A stretch of 35,976 bases of DNA, from assembly GCA_013115125.1 (NCBI GenBank), contig JABANN010000353.1, forward strand, positions 1-35,976. Reading direction: 5' to 3'. Shown here one piece after another: positions 1 to 10,794 of the stretch; position 1 is the first letter of the stretch, and every line of letters starts with the position of its first letter. The DNA comes from Perkinsus olseni. Its lineage: Eukaryota. The position numbers were made by a program, and so were the translations under genes. The notes beneath the pieces were generated by a model. The model was not told the DNA's origin. It did no database searches and was given only the letters and a program-made list of their open reading frames with translations.

Positions 1-55
1 CAAAGTCCTCTTTGGACTTGCTTGTCGTAGCGGAGCGGAGCGCGATTCACGCTCT

Positions 56-212
56 AGGAACGTTCCTGAGGCATGTTCTTCAAAAACGTGTTTAATGAAC
101 ATGCCTGAAGTTCATGCCCAGGCACGTTCCCGAAACCTTCCAGGAACGTGTTTATTGAACACAATCTCAGGAACGTTCTTGAAGAACGTTCTTCAAGAAC
201 GTTCCTGGGAAC
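56..212. repeat. Cluster of degenerate GAACGTTC palindromic units (~13 bp period)
   Basis: AGGAACGTTCCT at 56-67, GGAACGTTCTTGAAGAACGTTCTTCAAGAACGTTCCTGGGAAC at ~170-212, plus degenerate copies (GGCACGTTCC, GGAACGTGTTT). Confidence 0.8.
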
Positions 213-248
213 AAACTCGCGCTTGTCTATTGAACAGCCCGTCTGATA

Positions 249-845
249 GTGGAACAATCTGGGGCCGTGGGCCCATTCACAACCTGGAACCGTTACCTTA
301 CTGGATACAAGGGTACACCGGAAGGCGTTGTAGAGTACGCCTCGGTGTACGTAGTCAGTAAGGAGAACCGTCAGGAGAAGTACGAAGTGGCCGTCAACAG
401 CAAAGACCTGAAGAGCCCATGCTTTTCGGTGGTGGAGGCCTCATCAGGGAGCAGCGTGGATCAGAAGGTCCTCGATGATATCAACGATATATGCAAAAAC
501 AACGGCTTCCACATCCACAAAACTCATGAATTTCCGCTTCCCGTCGGAGATTATTTCGGAGCCCTCGACCCCGAGCACAGCCTCGAGCTGAATTTTAACC
601 GTGGCATACCAGTCAACGCATCGCTGAGTGGAATCAAGGGTGACACATTGAACTTCATGTCCTGCGGCCATCTTTTCGTCTACGCTCATGTCGAGGGCTC
701 CGACCATGTCGAATTAGTTCTTCCCTCGCGCGGAGTTGATGCATCGAGTATTTTTGGTGAAGGGCGCGTTGGGCGTGGGAACATGAAAGTGTGGGATAAT
801 GAGAGGAAGCGACGCAAGCGCCGCAAGTGGGCACGCCGTGCGTGA
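249..845 (+). CDS. Hypothetical protein, paralog of 4904..5668; probably 5'-incomplete or pseudogenised
   Basis: Translation aligns with the 254-aa minus-strand ORF (ENRQEKYEVAVN..DLKSPCFSVVE.SSGSSVDQKVLDDIN.ICKNNGFHIHKT). It starts at GTG, not ATG, and lacks the paralog's signal-peptide region. Confidence 0.7.
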   Translation: MEQSGAVGPFTTWNRYLTGYKGTPEGVVEYASVYVVSKENRQEKYEVAVNSKDLKSPCFSVVEASSGSSVDQKVLDDINDICKNNGFHIHKTHEFPLPVGDYFGALDPEHSLELNFNRGIPVNASLSGIKGDTLNFMSCGHLFVYAHVEGSDHVELVLPSRGVDASSIFGEGRVGRGNMKVWDNERKRRKRRKWARRA

Positions 846-972
846 ATTTGTAAGCCCCTAATAGCCCGTGCTGGGCTGCCGCTCTGTGCACGAAACCATC
901 CAGAGGTATTGATTCGCGATAATCTGCTGGTGCTAGTTAGGTAGTAGTGCTGCTATTAGGTAAATTAGCTGG

Positions 973-1301
973 TGTAATCCAGGGAGTAGACCAAAATAGC
1001 TAGTACACAATGAAGTATGTTCACCAGTAGACTTCAACCACACAAGGTAAGACCGAAATATTAAAGTTTCTTCCAGAGTAACCAACTTTTTTTCAACAAA
1101 CTGGGCACAATACTTGTCAGTCTCAGCGTCGGAAAGGAACCGCAGCAGGGTAAAATCAGTGACACCAAGAAGAACACATATCTTTGAAACAGCGGGAGGA
1201 AGGTTCTCCACAAAACGTGCACGAGGCAACAGAGGTGAGCACGGGTTCTCCACCATGTAATCCAGGGAGTAGACCGGGTTCTCCACCATGTAATCCAGGG
1301 A
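973..1301. repeat. 33-bp-period tandem duplication plus a third partial copy
   Basis: CGGGTTCTCCACCATGTAATCCAGGGA at 1242-1268 and 1275-1301; TGTAATCCAGGGAGTAGACC is identical at 973-992 and 1256-1275. Confidence 0.85.
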
Positions 1302-1658
1302 ACACAATACCCAGATATAGGAGAGGTTAATCTCAATAACGTATGAACAGATCAATGGTGAATCACTTAAGCCTAGCAGAAGACAATATCACAATACATT
1401 GCGTGGCGAGCGACAGCCGACACGACAACAGCTGGTAATAGTGCTGCTGGTCGGCTCGGGTACACATGATTTTCTTCCTACCACCACCGCTGTTAAAAGC
1501 TCTGTTCATTCTCATATTTTGAAGCTGTCATTTGTCTTGTCTGTGTCGATGTTCTGGCGTGAGATTGGACAGTTGAGTGACAGTTGAGGGAATCGCCATT
1601 GCCCACACGATGATGTTTCCGACTAGAGTTTTGTTACACTGAGCCTTCCCTTCATCAC

Positions 1659-4369
1659 ATGACTGGCGACGTCACAGAACGGAGCACTGATCGAACTTTC
1701 GTAACTGCTGTTAACGAATCATCAGCTTTGTGAGAATTACATCGGTGGTAGTGAACTCCCTAGTGTCGTTCCTACCGTAGTCCGTCGCGAGTTGAACCCC
1801 GAGGCACACGGAGCGACCCACCACGAGAGGTCAAGAACGAAACCAGTAGGGAATGTAGCGAAGCTAGCGTACCCAAGTTCGTCTCGTAACAGAGGACACC
1901 AACGGTCATCATTCGTTCAGAGTCGAAGATGGCCTTTGCTTCAGAACCGATCACGGAGTTTGATGTCTTCCGGGCGGAGGACGCTCACGCTCCTCTACCT
2001 GATAACCCGAATCTTGATGATCCGAACGCTCTATGCTATCCACTGCCGAAGACAATACCAATTCAAAAGGCGAGTGGTCTAACTTGACCTCGTTTGAACA
2101 AGCGTCTCACTACGAACCGGAGCGCATTTCGGCGGACATGCTGGAAGGTTCCGAGGAAGTGTGCTGGCTGTAGGTGCTTACAAACGTCATCGCAAACTTG
2201 CGATGCCCGGGACAAACGGCAAAGTCTCGTGGTCTCTGGGCGGACGACTTCCTGTCAACTCGCAGCCAAGCGATCGTTTCTGATAGCTTCTGGTAAAAGT
2301 AACTGAAGGAGCCTCTTCGGATGAGGATCTTTTCTGACCCCCACGACGGCGCCTTTGACGTCATTGGTGCCCAGGTTCTGCATCTGCCATTATTTCAAAC
2401 CAAAGAAGTTCCGTGGAACCGCAGTGAAACTCTTCGACAGAATCTCCCGGAATTACGTCGAGCTGCTGGATGACATCCACCCGAACCGGCGAGACTTTTT
2501 CTTCGAAGTACGCCTTTCCCTCCCGCCAGTCGTCGCATCATTTGTTCTTCCCTCAGCGGTTCTACGACGCTGTGGCCCAGAGTGTCCTCTACGGGATGTT
2601 CTTGGCTTTTCCAAAGTCACGAATGAGTTTCCTTGACGAGTTCCGCAAGTCCATCGTGTCGCTCTTCGCGTTTTGGACTACCGGTAATTCTTTCATGTCT
2701 CTTCGTCATCCACTGACGTATTCCGCTGCATACCGTGCGCGGCCTCGGCTTTCTTTTGCGTGGCCATCTTTTCAAAAGGCTTCAACTCCGTGTCGAATTC
2801 TCGATTGGACTCTGACCGATGTGCTCAGTTTTTGAAGGCTTCATGCACAGGCTATCACATGGTTTGTCAGAGGGCTTCTCTCGCGATTCCATCCGAATGT
2901 GGAAGCTCTAGAGCTCTCGCGTAGGTGTTGTCTCGGAGTATCCAGACACTTCGCATTGGAAGTTGAATCTGGGTGGAGGCGATGTATTAGTGATGATGGC
3001 CAAGGACACGGCGCTGACCAGTACGAGTCCCAAGATCAACACTCGAGGAGTGCTCCCTGGGTTCGCTGATCAGCATCTCCCATTCTCGAAGAAAACCTCC
3101 CGGAGCGACAAGAGAGCCAGTCGGAGGCAAGCGCGAGCTCCTTCCACCCTTCGCTCGTTCATGATCCGATCCTAGGATGTTATCGACGACGAGGCATATG
3201 CGGCCCTGAGCCCTCAGAAGACGAATCCCTTGGCAGGCCGCGTCCGAGTGCAATTGAAGTAGCGCCTTCATCACAGCGTTCACTTCGTCAGCGTACTTCT
3301 ATCATAGGTATTCCCCGTTAATGCAGCACCATCTACGATTGAAGAAGTATAAAGCATGCAGCTCGATCGTTCCTGTGCTGTGAGTCTATCCTAAAATCGT
3401 CCGTTGCAGCTCGCGATGGACTGTGGCGATGCAAGCTGGCGAGGCCGAGATCCACGGTTCTGTATCGTTATGATACCTTCCCAGTGGAGGACGGCGGTTG
3501 AGCATCATGCCGTTCATAGTTTTCCCTGGGTTGTTTTGAGCTACTTCTAACACGTGTAACTGATAGTGTGGTATGTCTCTTGAGACTCGGAGTCAACGCG
3601 AGCTAGATAGACGGATATCGGAGGGTCGACCAATAATAGTATCTTCGAGGTTAACGAGAATGTGACTTCAACGCCGGGTTGTGCTCCAACGAGTTGGAAA
3701 GTACGCCCAAAGAGTACCGCGAATCAATAACAATAGAGAAATAAGCGTGTAAGAGAGTACCGTGAGAGTAAACGCCCTGTTCCAGAAAATCCGGGTAGTC
3801 GACAAAACTGACCATCTTTGGCAACGTGGGCATTGAGGATATGATGCTTGTAGAATGTCTCATGGTGGAGCCCGGAGTGGAGATAGTGGGAGACTCGAAC
3901 TTGCGCTGAAAGAAGGAGTCAAAGCCGCTGGTGTCGCGAAAGGAGCTCTCCGAGACTACAGGCAGCTCAGTGAGTCCTTGTCGGAGTACTTGCATAGGCC
4001 GCGTGTGAACGCTAGAATCGCCGTTGATGATTCTACCAGGTGATCAGCTGAAGAAAGAAGAGAACGCTCAGGCTTTTAAGACATTCAAAGAGAAGAGGCG
4101 TTTAGAGGTGGGCTGGACCGTGGCGAGCTGGCTGCATACTCTGTGGCGACACCATTCACTTACCAGTCACAGTAGACTGTACTCAGTAGACAGCGTGCTT
4201 GAGTGTACGGACTCAAATGGGGTCCCCCCTTCATTCACCACATCGACTTCAGGCACGTCGGAAGGATATAATGGAGGCGAATGTGAGCGAGTACTCGAAC
4301 TATTTAGTCAGCCTCAACACTATGCAAGAAGAGGGTGCAAACTCCAACCTAGAGCCGGACCAGGACTAG
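1659..4369 (+). CDS. FAM227: Multi-exon FAM227-family (FWWh domain) protein
   Basis: Spliced core reads YPLPKTIPIQK|VLTNVIANLR...LWADDFLSTRSQAIVSDSFW|FCICHYFKPKKFRGTAVKLFDRISRNYVELLDDIHPNRRDFFFE|RFYDAVAQSVLYGMFLAFPKSRMSFLDEFRKSIVSLFAFWTTG|VVSEYPDTSHWKL, matching the FWWh pattern recalled from memory. Later exons give YSPLMQHHL and ARRKDIMEANVSEYSNYLVS...QD* (TAG 4367-4369). Terminal exons are less certain. Confidence 0.8.
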
Positions 4370-4903
4370 TCTCATCACAATCACGATCGAGAGCATGTTG
4401 TCTAGCTTCTATGAGAGTGCTTGCGTTGAACTTGGACCGTACCCTATGTTCCCTGGCCAGGAACCACAGTTTCGTGCGGCGGTGACCCAATTGACCGAGC
4501 CGAGCTGTCGAGGGTTCACGAGTTGTTCGAATTCAAAGTGGCACGGCGTGGCGCTGTCTCGACGCTCTCTGGGTTTTCCTCGACCAGCTTGCGGGGGACG
4601 GAGGCTGGCCTTGTGAGACTCCAAGTGAAGAGCGTAACGAGGTCAATCAGTGGACTACTGAACTCCCTACTCAACAATTCATTCCACATCACGACATCAA
4701 CACACAGCAATACATGCGACACAAACTGAATATTGAATAGCATTATTATCATAAATTCGTCCGTATGCAGTGGCCGTACAATACAGCAATAAAGGGAGAG
4801 GGCATTCAAGGGGTGACAAAGTCCCTCCGAGTTTCATCCTTTGAGTCCGAGGAAGACATACCCTTTCGGAAGCTCGGTGCGTCATGTACGATGACGCTCA
4901 TCT

Positions 4904-5668
4904 TTATACCACTCCAGTGTCCCACTTCCGTAAATTAACACGCCCAATGACCCCTTCGCCGCGAAGATACATCTTATCAGCCCCTTGTAGTCGGAGAATA
5001 AGCTCGGTCTGGTCGGAGGTTCCCATTATCATTTTGTCGGGCTCGGAACCTTCAACAACAGCATGGACAAAGAGGCCATCGATCGTCTCGAAAATGAGGA
5101 CATCACCGCCGACTCCCTTGAGGGACGCTTCTTCTGGTATACCACTCTTTAGGCGGAGAGTGAGACTGTGCTCGGGGTCGAGGGCTCCGGAATAACGTCC
5201 GGTAGGAAGCGGAAATTCACGAGTTTTGTGGATGTGGAAGCCGTTGTTTTTGCATATAGCGTTGATATCATCGAGGACCTTCTGATCCACGCTGCTCCCT
5301 GATGAGGTCTCCACCACCGAAAAGCATGGGCTCTTCAGGTCTTCGATATTGACGGCCACTTCGTACTTCTCCTGACGGTTCTCCTTATTGACCACATACA
5401 CCGAGGCGTTTTCCACGAGGCCTCCCGGGATACTCTCGTAACCAGTAACGAAACGAAACCAGTTCATGAAGGGGCCGACGTGCGAGCCTCCCGACTTCGG
5501 ATAAGGATTAGCGCTGCGTGAATCACCCATCATGGGCGCTAAATAGTACTCGATACCAGTAGAACCCTTACCGACCAACCACTCGACCCCCACCAGATCA
5601 CCAGCATGGCAGATCACACTGATGCCACCGAGAATGAATAACCTCAGAGAGTTCATATGAGGCAGCAT
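4904..5668 (-). CDS. Hypothetical secreted protein (254 aa), lineage-specific family
   Basis: Intact ATG-to-stop ORF with a hydrophobic N-terminus (MNSLRLFILGGISVICHA); paralog at 249..845. Confidence 0.8.
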   Translation of the reverse strand: MLPHMNSLRLFILGGISVICHAGDLVGVEWLVGKGSTGIEYYLAPMMGDSRSANPYPKSGGSHVGPFMNWFRFVTGYESIPGGLVENASVYVVNKENRQEKYEVAVNIEDLKSPCFSVVETSSGSSVDQKVLDDINAICKNNGFHIHKTREFPLPTGRYSGALDPEHSLTLRLKSGIPEEASLKGVGGDVLIFETIDGLFVHAVVEGSEPDKMIMGTSDQTELILRLQGADKMYLRGEGVIGRVNLRKWDTGVV

Positions 5669-5694
5669 TGGTCACGGAAAACTGAACTACGGCT

Positions 5695-5745
5695 GGAAAA
5701 CTTTTCCTCGGGCACGAGCGGCTCATGCCCGAGGAAAAGTTTTCC
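5695..5745. repeat. Perfect 20-bp inverted repeat (hairpin) just upstream of the 4904..5668 start codon
   Basis: GGAAAACTTTTCCTCGGGCA (5695-5714), 11-nt spacer CGAGCGGCTCA, TGCCCGAGGAAAAGTTTTCC (5726-5745). Confidence 0.9.
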
Positions 5746-6190
5746 TCATGATAAGCCCCAACCTTGCATGGAAATCTTGAATTTTCTTGAACGCGTGCCA
5801 GCTGTTTGCCGTGGTGCCCAACGGAACGCTCGAGAACGGCGTATGTGGGGTAGCGGGTTCGAGTCCCGGTCTGCCTCGCGGGGGACTCAAGGAGTGCTGT
5901 TCTTGCTTTGCTACATACTGATTATCCCGCAAATTCGCACAACTAGTACGATGAGGAAGATTACGATAGCCCTATACGTACGGTTTAGAAGCCGATTACG
6001 TGTCACGCAGCGAAAGATACTCCGAAATAATGAACACAAGAGTTTGACACAAAGAGCCAATAGCATCATCCTAATGCTAAGGAAAGGGAAAAGAGTTTAC
6101 ATTCACCGAGAACAGTAATCAACCTCGGATATCAGGTCGTGCTCATGGCCGAGCAAGAAACTACTGGAACGACGAAAAGTAATCCATACT

Positions 6191-7156
6191 TCAACACAAG
6201 TTCAGTCTTAGAGGTCCTCTGCCTTGACCATCTTGGAAAACCATGAAGAGCCACTGTCCATAGTAGATAACCTTGAAAGTGCCACCGCCAAGGTCGTGCA
6301 GAGCTTCGAAGCCTTCGTCCAACTCGAACAGATAGATCTCATAGCTGTTCCATGCCACTCGGTACTTAGCAGGCAAGATAAGAGACGGTGTTGTAAGAGG
6401 ATGGTACAGGACGGCATAGCTAGAAGTGAACCTCAATTCGAGACTGGTCTGCCCTCCCGATTGTTCAGCATAACACCATCTTGTATTAGCGAGATCGTCT
6501 ACAGTAGGCGGGGGGACTTCAGCGCCAGGGAGTGGGTCGCAGTCTAGCTCGACACCAGTGCGAGTGAGATCACCAACGACTTCTCCAGACCACACGGCCA
6601 GCATGGTGTCTACGAAGTATGAGAAACGCAGCTCAGAGAACGATTTTCCGATCTTGTTCTCGGCTTCCGAGTCCTCGCCGATAACGTACACCTGATTTCC
6701 CTCGTAGTAATACTGCATGTAGTAAACTTCACCATCGTAGAGGAACATGATCTTATCACCGGCGAAACTAACGACCTCAATCGGGGTCACACCTGCACGG
6801 CGGAGATCGCCCGAGCACCACGTGCCATTTAGAGCTTCCTCGGAGACCAGCGGAGTACTGACCGTGCACTTGGTGGTAGTGGTAGTCGTCGAAACAGTTC
6901 CAGGCGAGGAGATGACGATGTCGTCACACGGAACTGGAGAGCCAGTGCATGCAGCATCGTAGGCAACCGAGCACACTGATCCATCTGTACGGTTCACCAG
7001 ACCATGACAGACAGCCGGGAGCTTCCACGTCATGCAATAGGAGTGCTCGCATCCCGCAGTGTCGTTGCAGAGCTCCTTGCACGAGTCCAATTCCGTCCCG
7101 CTGATGACTTCTACGAGGACCAAGAGGACCATACTCGAAAAAGCACCGTAGTTCAT
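6191..7156 (-). CDS. Secreted protein (321 aa): 8-Cys module, Thr linker, two similar beta-rich repeats
   Basis: Intronless ORF from ATG 7156; signal peptide MVLLVLVEVISG; CKELCNDTAGCEHSYCMTWKLPAVCHGL...C...CTGSPVPC; STTTTTT linker; repeats begin LNGTWC and LANTRWC. Confidence 0.85.
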   Translation of the reverse strand: MNYGAFSSMVLLVLVEVISGTELDSCKELCNDTAGCEHSYCMTWKLPAVCHGLVNRTDGSVCSVAYDAACTGSPVPCDDIVISSPGTVSTTTTTTKCTVSTPLVSEEALNGTWCSGDLRRAGVTPIEVVSFAGDKIMFLYDGEVYYMQYYYEGNQVYVIGEDSEAENKIGKSFSELRFSYFVDTMLAVWSGEVVGDLTRTGVELDCDPLPGAEVPPPTVDDLANTRWCYAEQSGGQTSLELRFTSSYAVLYHPLTTPSLILPAKYRVAWNSYEIYLFELDEGFEALHDLGGGTFKVIYYGQWLFMVFQDGQGRGPLRLNLC

Positions 7157-7526
7157 TGTGATAGGTTGGGACGCTAGAATCAACTGTGAGATGTCTTTCG
7201 CAATCCATGGGGGGGGGCTTCAGTGAGAACGCCTAACACGATAATTTCGCTTGAGGCTCACTGACAGCCTGATTCTGCGGTCGCTGGCGAGATCAAAACG
7301 CAAGTGAGGCGTTTCATGCTGAGGCGAGCGAGGTCGGACGCCATCGAGTCGCACTAAGCTCGCTCATGAACGTGAGGCCAGACCCTCAAGCATCGCCGCA
7401 CACGAAACACAAGACGAAGTGTGGGTGAGATGGTATAGGATATATTAATTGCAACAAATTGGGATATATTAGCGGCCTGCTCACCAGATGCATAACAAGG
7501 TAGTTTACGGTACAGGACTGAAGGAG

Positions 7527-7922
7527 TCACTCAGGCTGATGGTTCATCGGGCACAAGTAGGGCTCCCCTCTGCATCTAGAGTCGGAAATATGACAAAGGC
7601 TAGTATGGTTGATATAAAGACCGTAGCAGGAGGAAGGCTTCTCCCACGTACGGCAGTATGATCCCCAGTAGCTGGCTTTGCAAGAGTCCACAGAACTACA
7701 AGCATCCGTGCAAGTTCGCAGTGTGGGCGTGCATCGGAGAGGAGTGACGCCGTCTGGTGCAGTGAGACCTTCGCATACTCCTGTCGACGTGCACGAACTT
7801 TCCTCACAATCGGAACGTCGCTTACAAGCCCGCTCGCATAGAGCATGGCCGCGTAGCACGCTTGCATCAACGAAGGAATACAGAATGAAGATACAGACTG
7901 ATACGCGAAGCCCACCGCGCAT
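7527..7922 (-). CDS. Small secreted Cys-rich protein (131 aa) with two copies of the same Cys module
   Basis: ATG 7922; signal peptide MRGGLRVSVCIFILYSFVDA; CERACKRRSDCEESSC..CEGL and CTDACSSVDSC..GSYCRTWEKPSSCYGL..C..CRGEPYLC, aligning with the neighbouring gene's module. Confidence 0.85.
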   Translation of the reverse strand: MRGGLRVSVCIFILYSFVDASVLRGHALCERACKRRSDCEESSCTSTGVCEGLTAPDGVTPLRCTPTLRTCTDACSSVDSCKASYWGSYCRTWEKPSSCYGLYINHTSLCHISDSRCRGEPYLCPMNHQPE

Positions 7923-8362
7923 TGCCGGCGAGTGATGAACAGCAGAACTGAGAGAAGTGAAATCAAGCACGAAACCAATCTGTGGCATTTGCTTTACCGT
8001 GATCCCACCGCACGCGACCTCTGAATCCAATTTCTACTTGAGACTCCAAGAACCAACCATGACGCACGATTCAAGGCAAGCGGCGAGGGCCAAACCGCCG
8101 ACCCCCACTAGAAGCAATCGTTAAACATTCACATTCGCGTGCTCCCCCGGTGGTAATCATGTTCGGTTCGCGGTGGACGTTGATACACGAGAGTCTCTCC
8201 CGATCACCATTGGTGGATCTACGAAGCGCAACGTGTCCCACGGCAGCGAGGGAACGCGTAGTAGACCAACAGGCTGGCTGAGTGTGCGCGTTAGGCGGGG
8301 ATTGACAATGCAACAATGAATGTGGAAGGTTAGAAACGTCGGAAGGTATCAATTTAGGTCAG

Positions 8363-10794
8363 CTACTCTACCAAGGGTCGATTTGTCTCCGTGTAAAAGC
8401 GGACCCAATCGTCTGTTGTCTTCGTGGGCGCTGGCAGTCTTCCCAGCAGCCATGCGATTGCAGCCGTAACAGCCGGAGTTAGCGCTATCACCCCTAGCTG
8501 CAGTGATGGCGAGAGCGTCGAAGTCAGGTACGGTACTGTGACCTGTAAGAGCGACCGTATTCAACCGGTCATTGCTGGTCCCGAAGAACAGCTCACCCAT
8601 GCTGCGGCAAGTGCAGAGAAACCGAACGCCATGAACACAACCCCGTAGTTCTTCTGGAAGTTAGCTCGCCCGAACAAGCTGGCCGTGGCCAACGGCATGA
8701 CCACGAAGGTGCCTGAACATCATCACCATTGATAATCCTGCACGACTGCTATTGTTCTCACCTCCCAAGACGAAGGCATTCCAACACATCCCGACCAAGA
8801 ATGTTGATGGAGCACTAGTTCGAGATAGAAACAGTAATGACGCTGCTAGCCCGAGAGACACTACGCGGAGGGAGTACAGCGAGTCTGTGGTAAGGATACC
8901 TGACCATCACCCAGAACCATCGAGCACTCAAAAGCTGCCACGGCTAACCTGTCGTCACCCGGCCGATGGCGTTGACGACTGCTGCCAATGACCAGGTCCT
9001 CACGAGTTGGGAGTCAGTCATACCACACAGACTCGTGCCCAACATCTGCCATGCAAAGGTACTTGCTCATCTAACTTCTTTTCCCCTACTTTGAAAGTAG
9101 AGGCAACGAACGTTATGGCTTGTGTGTTAGCAGCAAAGGCGACGACCAACAACCAGAAGTGGGGCGTCCGTATCTGAAAAACATTGATACTGAGTGCCCT
9201 TGCCGAGGATCGAACCAGGGTCTTCACCGCGGAATCTCACCATTTTCCTCCAGGGCACTCCGTCCTGTCTGGCCTGAGCGTCGACGCCCAACGCTCCTGG
9301 AGATGGCGGCCTGACTGCCACCTCGTCAGGAATCACCGCGGCGGCTATCGACAGAAGAGTCATCAGGACTCCTCCGACCACTCGTAGCATCAACCTGAAC
9401 TGAGTGCTTGCGGCCGAACTCGAAGCCTTCATAAGACCACTTACGGCACACGAACAAGTACAGCGTAGTTGGGCTCCTGGACGGAGCACTCTACACCATA
9501 AGGGTTGACTATTCTCGATTGTAGTTGGGTGAACACGAAGCTCCCAAGGCCGAAGCTTGCCGCTGTTATACCAGAGTACAAACCTGTACCAACAAACGAT
9601 TCACGCGGTAGTTGGTCGAAGCTGTCTCGTTCCCTCGTCGTTCGCTTGGAGCGATCTTGAAGAGGACCTCCATTGGTGCAGTATACCCCAGCCCTATCCC
9701 TGCTCCTCCGATCACACTATAGGCTACTAAGAAGTATCTGCGAGCGGAGCGATGCCAGCAGGCAAACTCTGGTCTGTCAGCGACAACATATCTTCCATCC
9801 ATCAAGAAGATAAATATACCGATGAGAATGGAGTACGAACATGCAAAAAGTTGGTATGTCGATGCAATGTACATCGATGTTAGCAATGTGAATACGTGCA
9901 ATGTATGCATATATTCTTTTATTCTTTGCATTATTCTTTAATTCTTTCATTATTAGCCATCTGATATTATTATTTCACATCTCCATCCACCTTCTGAAAG
10001 ACGGCATTATGAAAAACAATGTGGACAAATGTTTCTCATTGTCTATAGTAATATGTCCTTAATAGTGAATTAGCTACGAACAATATCATTGAAGGGCCGA
10101 ATTGATCACAGATGATGAGGCTCTGGGTTCCCTACGGAAACGGATAGTCCGTAGCGAGCGCAGTAGCTGCGAGGGCGTGGGCGATGGCCAGCAGAAGGCC
10201 CGAAGCGAACATGGCAATTGATGGCTTCAAACATGACCCAAGAGGCACCGAGAGGGACATGAGGAATACCTGAGAAGATAAACACACTATCAACATTCCT
10301 ACCAAACGAACGGTCAAATGGTCACTACTTGCAACGCGAAGATCCATGCTCCTCTGGCGTGGACCTGCCGAGCCGAGATGGCCGTCTCCACGTCAGCATA
10401 GTAGGCCAGGACGTAGGAAGCAACATTACCCGCAGAGAACAGTACACCCAGGCACACGTGAGTCAATACCTAGGGCAGGAGGACGTGAAGTACCACAACT
10501 CGCGGCCATCGTCGAGACGTCATGAGAATGAGGGCGGCTATGCTAAGCGATGCTGCATCTTCCACCGCGTTCGGTGTGCAGTATCATTCCCGCAGGCGAG
10601 AGCGAGGTAGACGCCATGAGTTGCCCTACCGTGGAGAGAACGGCACGAGGCAGCCGAGCTCCAACCAGCCGTCCAACCAGTGCTTTCTTCGATACCGGTC
10701 CTCCGCAGAGAGACGAGAACAGCAGCAGCGTCCCCAGCAACACTGCGATGATCGTGGTAGCCACCAGTGAGGCACCACCCACTGAGCCGCTCAT
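8363..10794 (-). CDS. Multi-exon MFS transporter, oxalate:formate antiporter (OFA)-like
   Basis: Spliced pieces: RAVLST|VLTHVCLGVLFSAGNVASYVLAYY..WIFALQ|VFLMSLSVPLG..|YFLVAYSVIGGAGIGLGYTAPMEVLFKIAPSERR; later FQKNYGVVFMAFGFSALAAAW|VTVPYL..PLVE* (TAG 8363-8365). Many transmembrane helices. Confidence 0.8.

Noticed and set aside
1242-1301. CRISPR-like repeat
   Set aside because: Two copies only 6 nt apart, no spacers or cas genes, eukaryotic context.
5820-5890. Complete tRNA gene
   Set aside because: Only a T-arm is present; no acceptor stem, D-arm or anticodon arm.
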